DNA of 64,000 nucleotides from Leucoraja ocellata (Eukaryota): the NCBI GenBank assembly GCA_036785375.1, contig JAWMAR010000026.1:7936001-8000000 (forward strand), in the 5' to 3' direction. The translations under genes were made by a program, and so were the position numbers. Positions 63,537-64,000 of this stretch are shown piece by piece. The notes below the pieces were generated by a model. That model worked only from the letters and a program-made list of their open reading frames with translations. It searched no databases and was not told where the DNA came from. Each line of letters begins with the position of its first letter. Position 1 is the stretch's first letter.

Positions 63537-64000
63537 TCACGGCAAAACTGCAGAGAACAGTCGACTGAAACAAGTGTCGAATAAATAGTGAGCGAGGAAT
63601 ACCGCGAGTATGCCTGGGTTCAGTGGGTGTGCCGGAAAGTGAGTTTGCTCATGCTCATCTCGTGCATGAGCTGCCTCTCTGCGCATTGACGCGGATCAAA
63701 GGTGAAGTTAGTGGCTGCTCACACGTTTCCGAAAACTTCACAAAGCATTTGCTGAACAACTACAGACATTCAATGCAGCTAGAAATGGCTGCCATTGCGC
63801 TTTTGCCCATGCGATCTATTAAGCAATGTCCTCGTACTGATCGTCACGAATGTGGTGTCCACTTTGGTGTCCACGGTCGACCTTTGTGAAAATACAGTGA
63901 CGTGTCGCAGATGCGCCCTGCTTTGATTGCGCCAATACTTTCCATTCAACACGCCATGATGCTAGCAAAGTTAAGTCATCATGGAGTATCAAGTAAGTGC

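Overview
Eukaryotic, repeat-rich vertebrate DNA, most likely a cartilaginous fish (skate/ray-like; inferred from CR1 LINEs with (CTATGTTT)n tails, V-SINEs, Penelope-type repeats and the gene content). It contains four N gaps. Splicing exons by hand shows a cluster of five non-rearranging immunoglobulin-superfamily receptor genes with one plan: leader / germline-joined V(J) exon / C1 exon / TM exon / short cytoplasmic exon(s) / tyrosine-motif exons. Order: Z(+, 3' half only) -> <-A <-B C-> <-D. Z and B are inhibitory-type (neutral TM, four SIRPalpha-like ITIM/ITSM tyrosines). C and D are activating-type (TM arginine, short tail). A is dual (TM arginine plus one ITIM). The key observation is that the 3' half of C is a recent duplicate of Z. 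In C one base change put Arg into the TM (CTG>CGG), a 1-nt deletion and donor change truncate the tail, three of four motif tyrosines are mutated and the fourth motif became YxxM. This looks like an inhibitory-to-activating paired-receptor conversion readable directly from the sequence. All gene models are manual predictions without transcript support, and family assignment (SIRP-like / NKp30-like VJ-C1) is by motif only.
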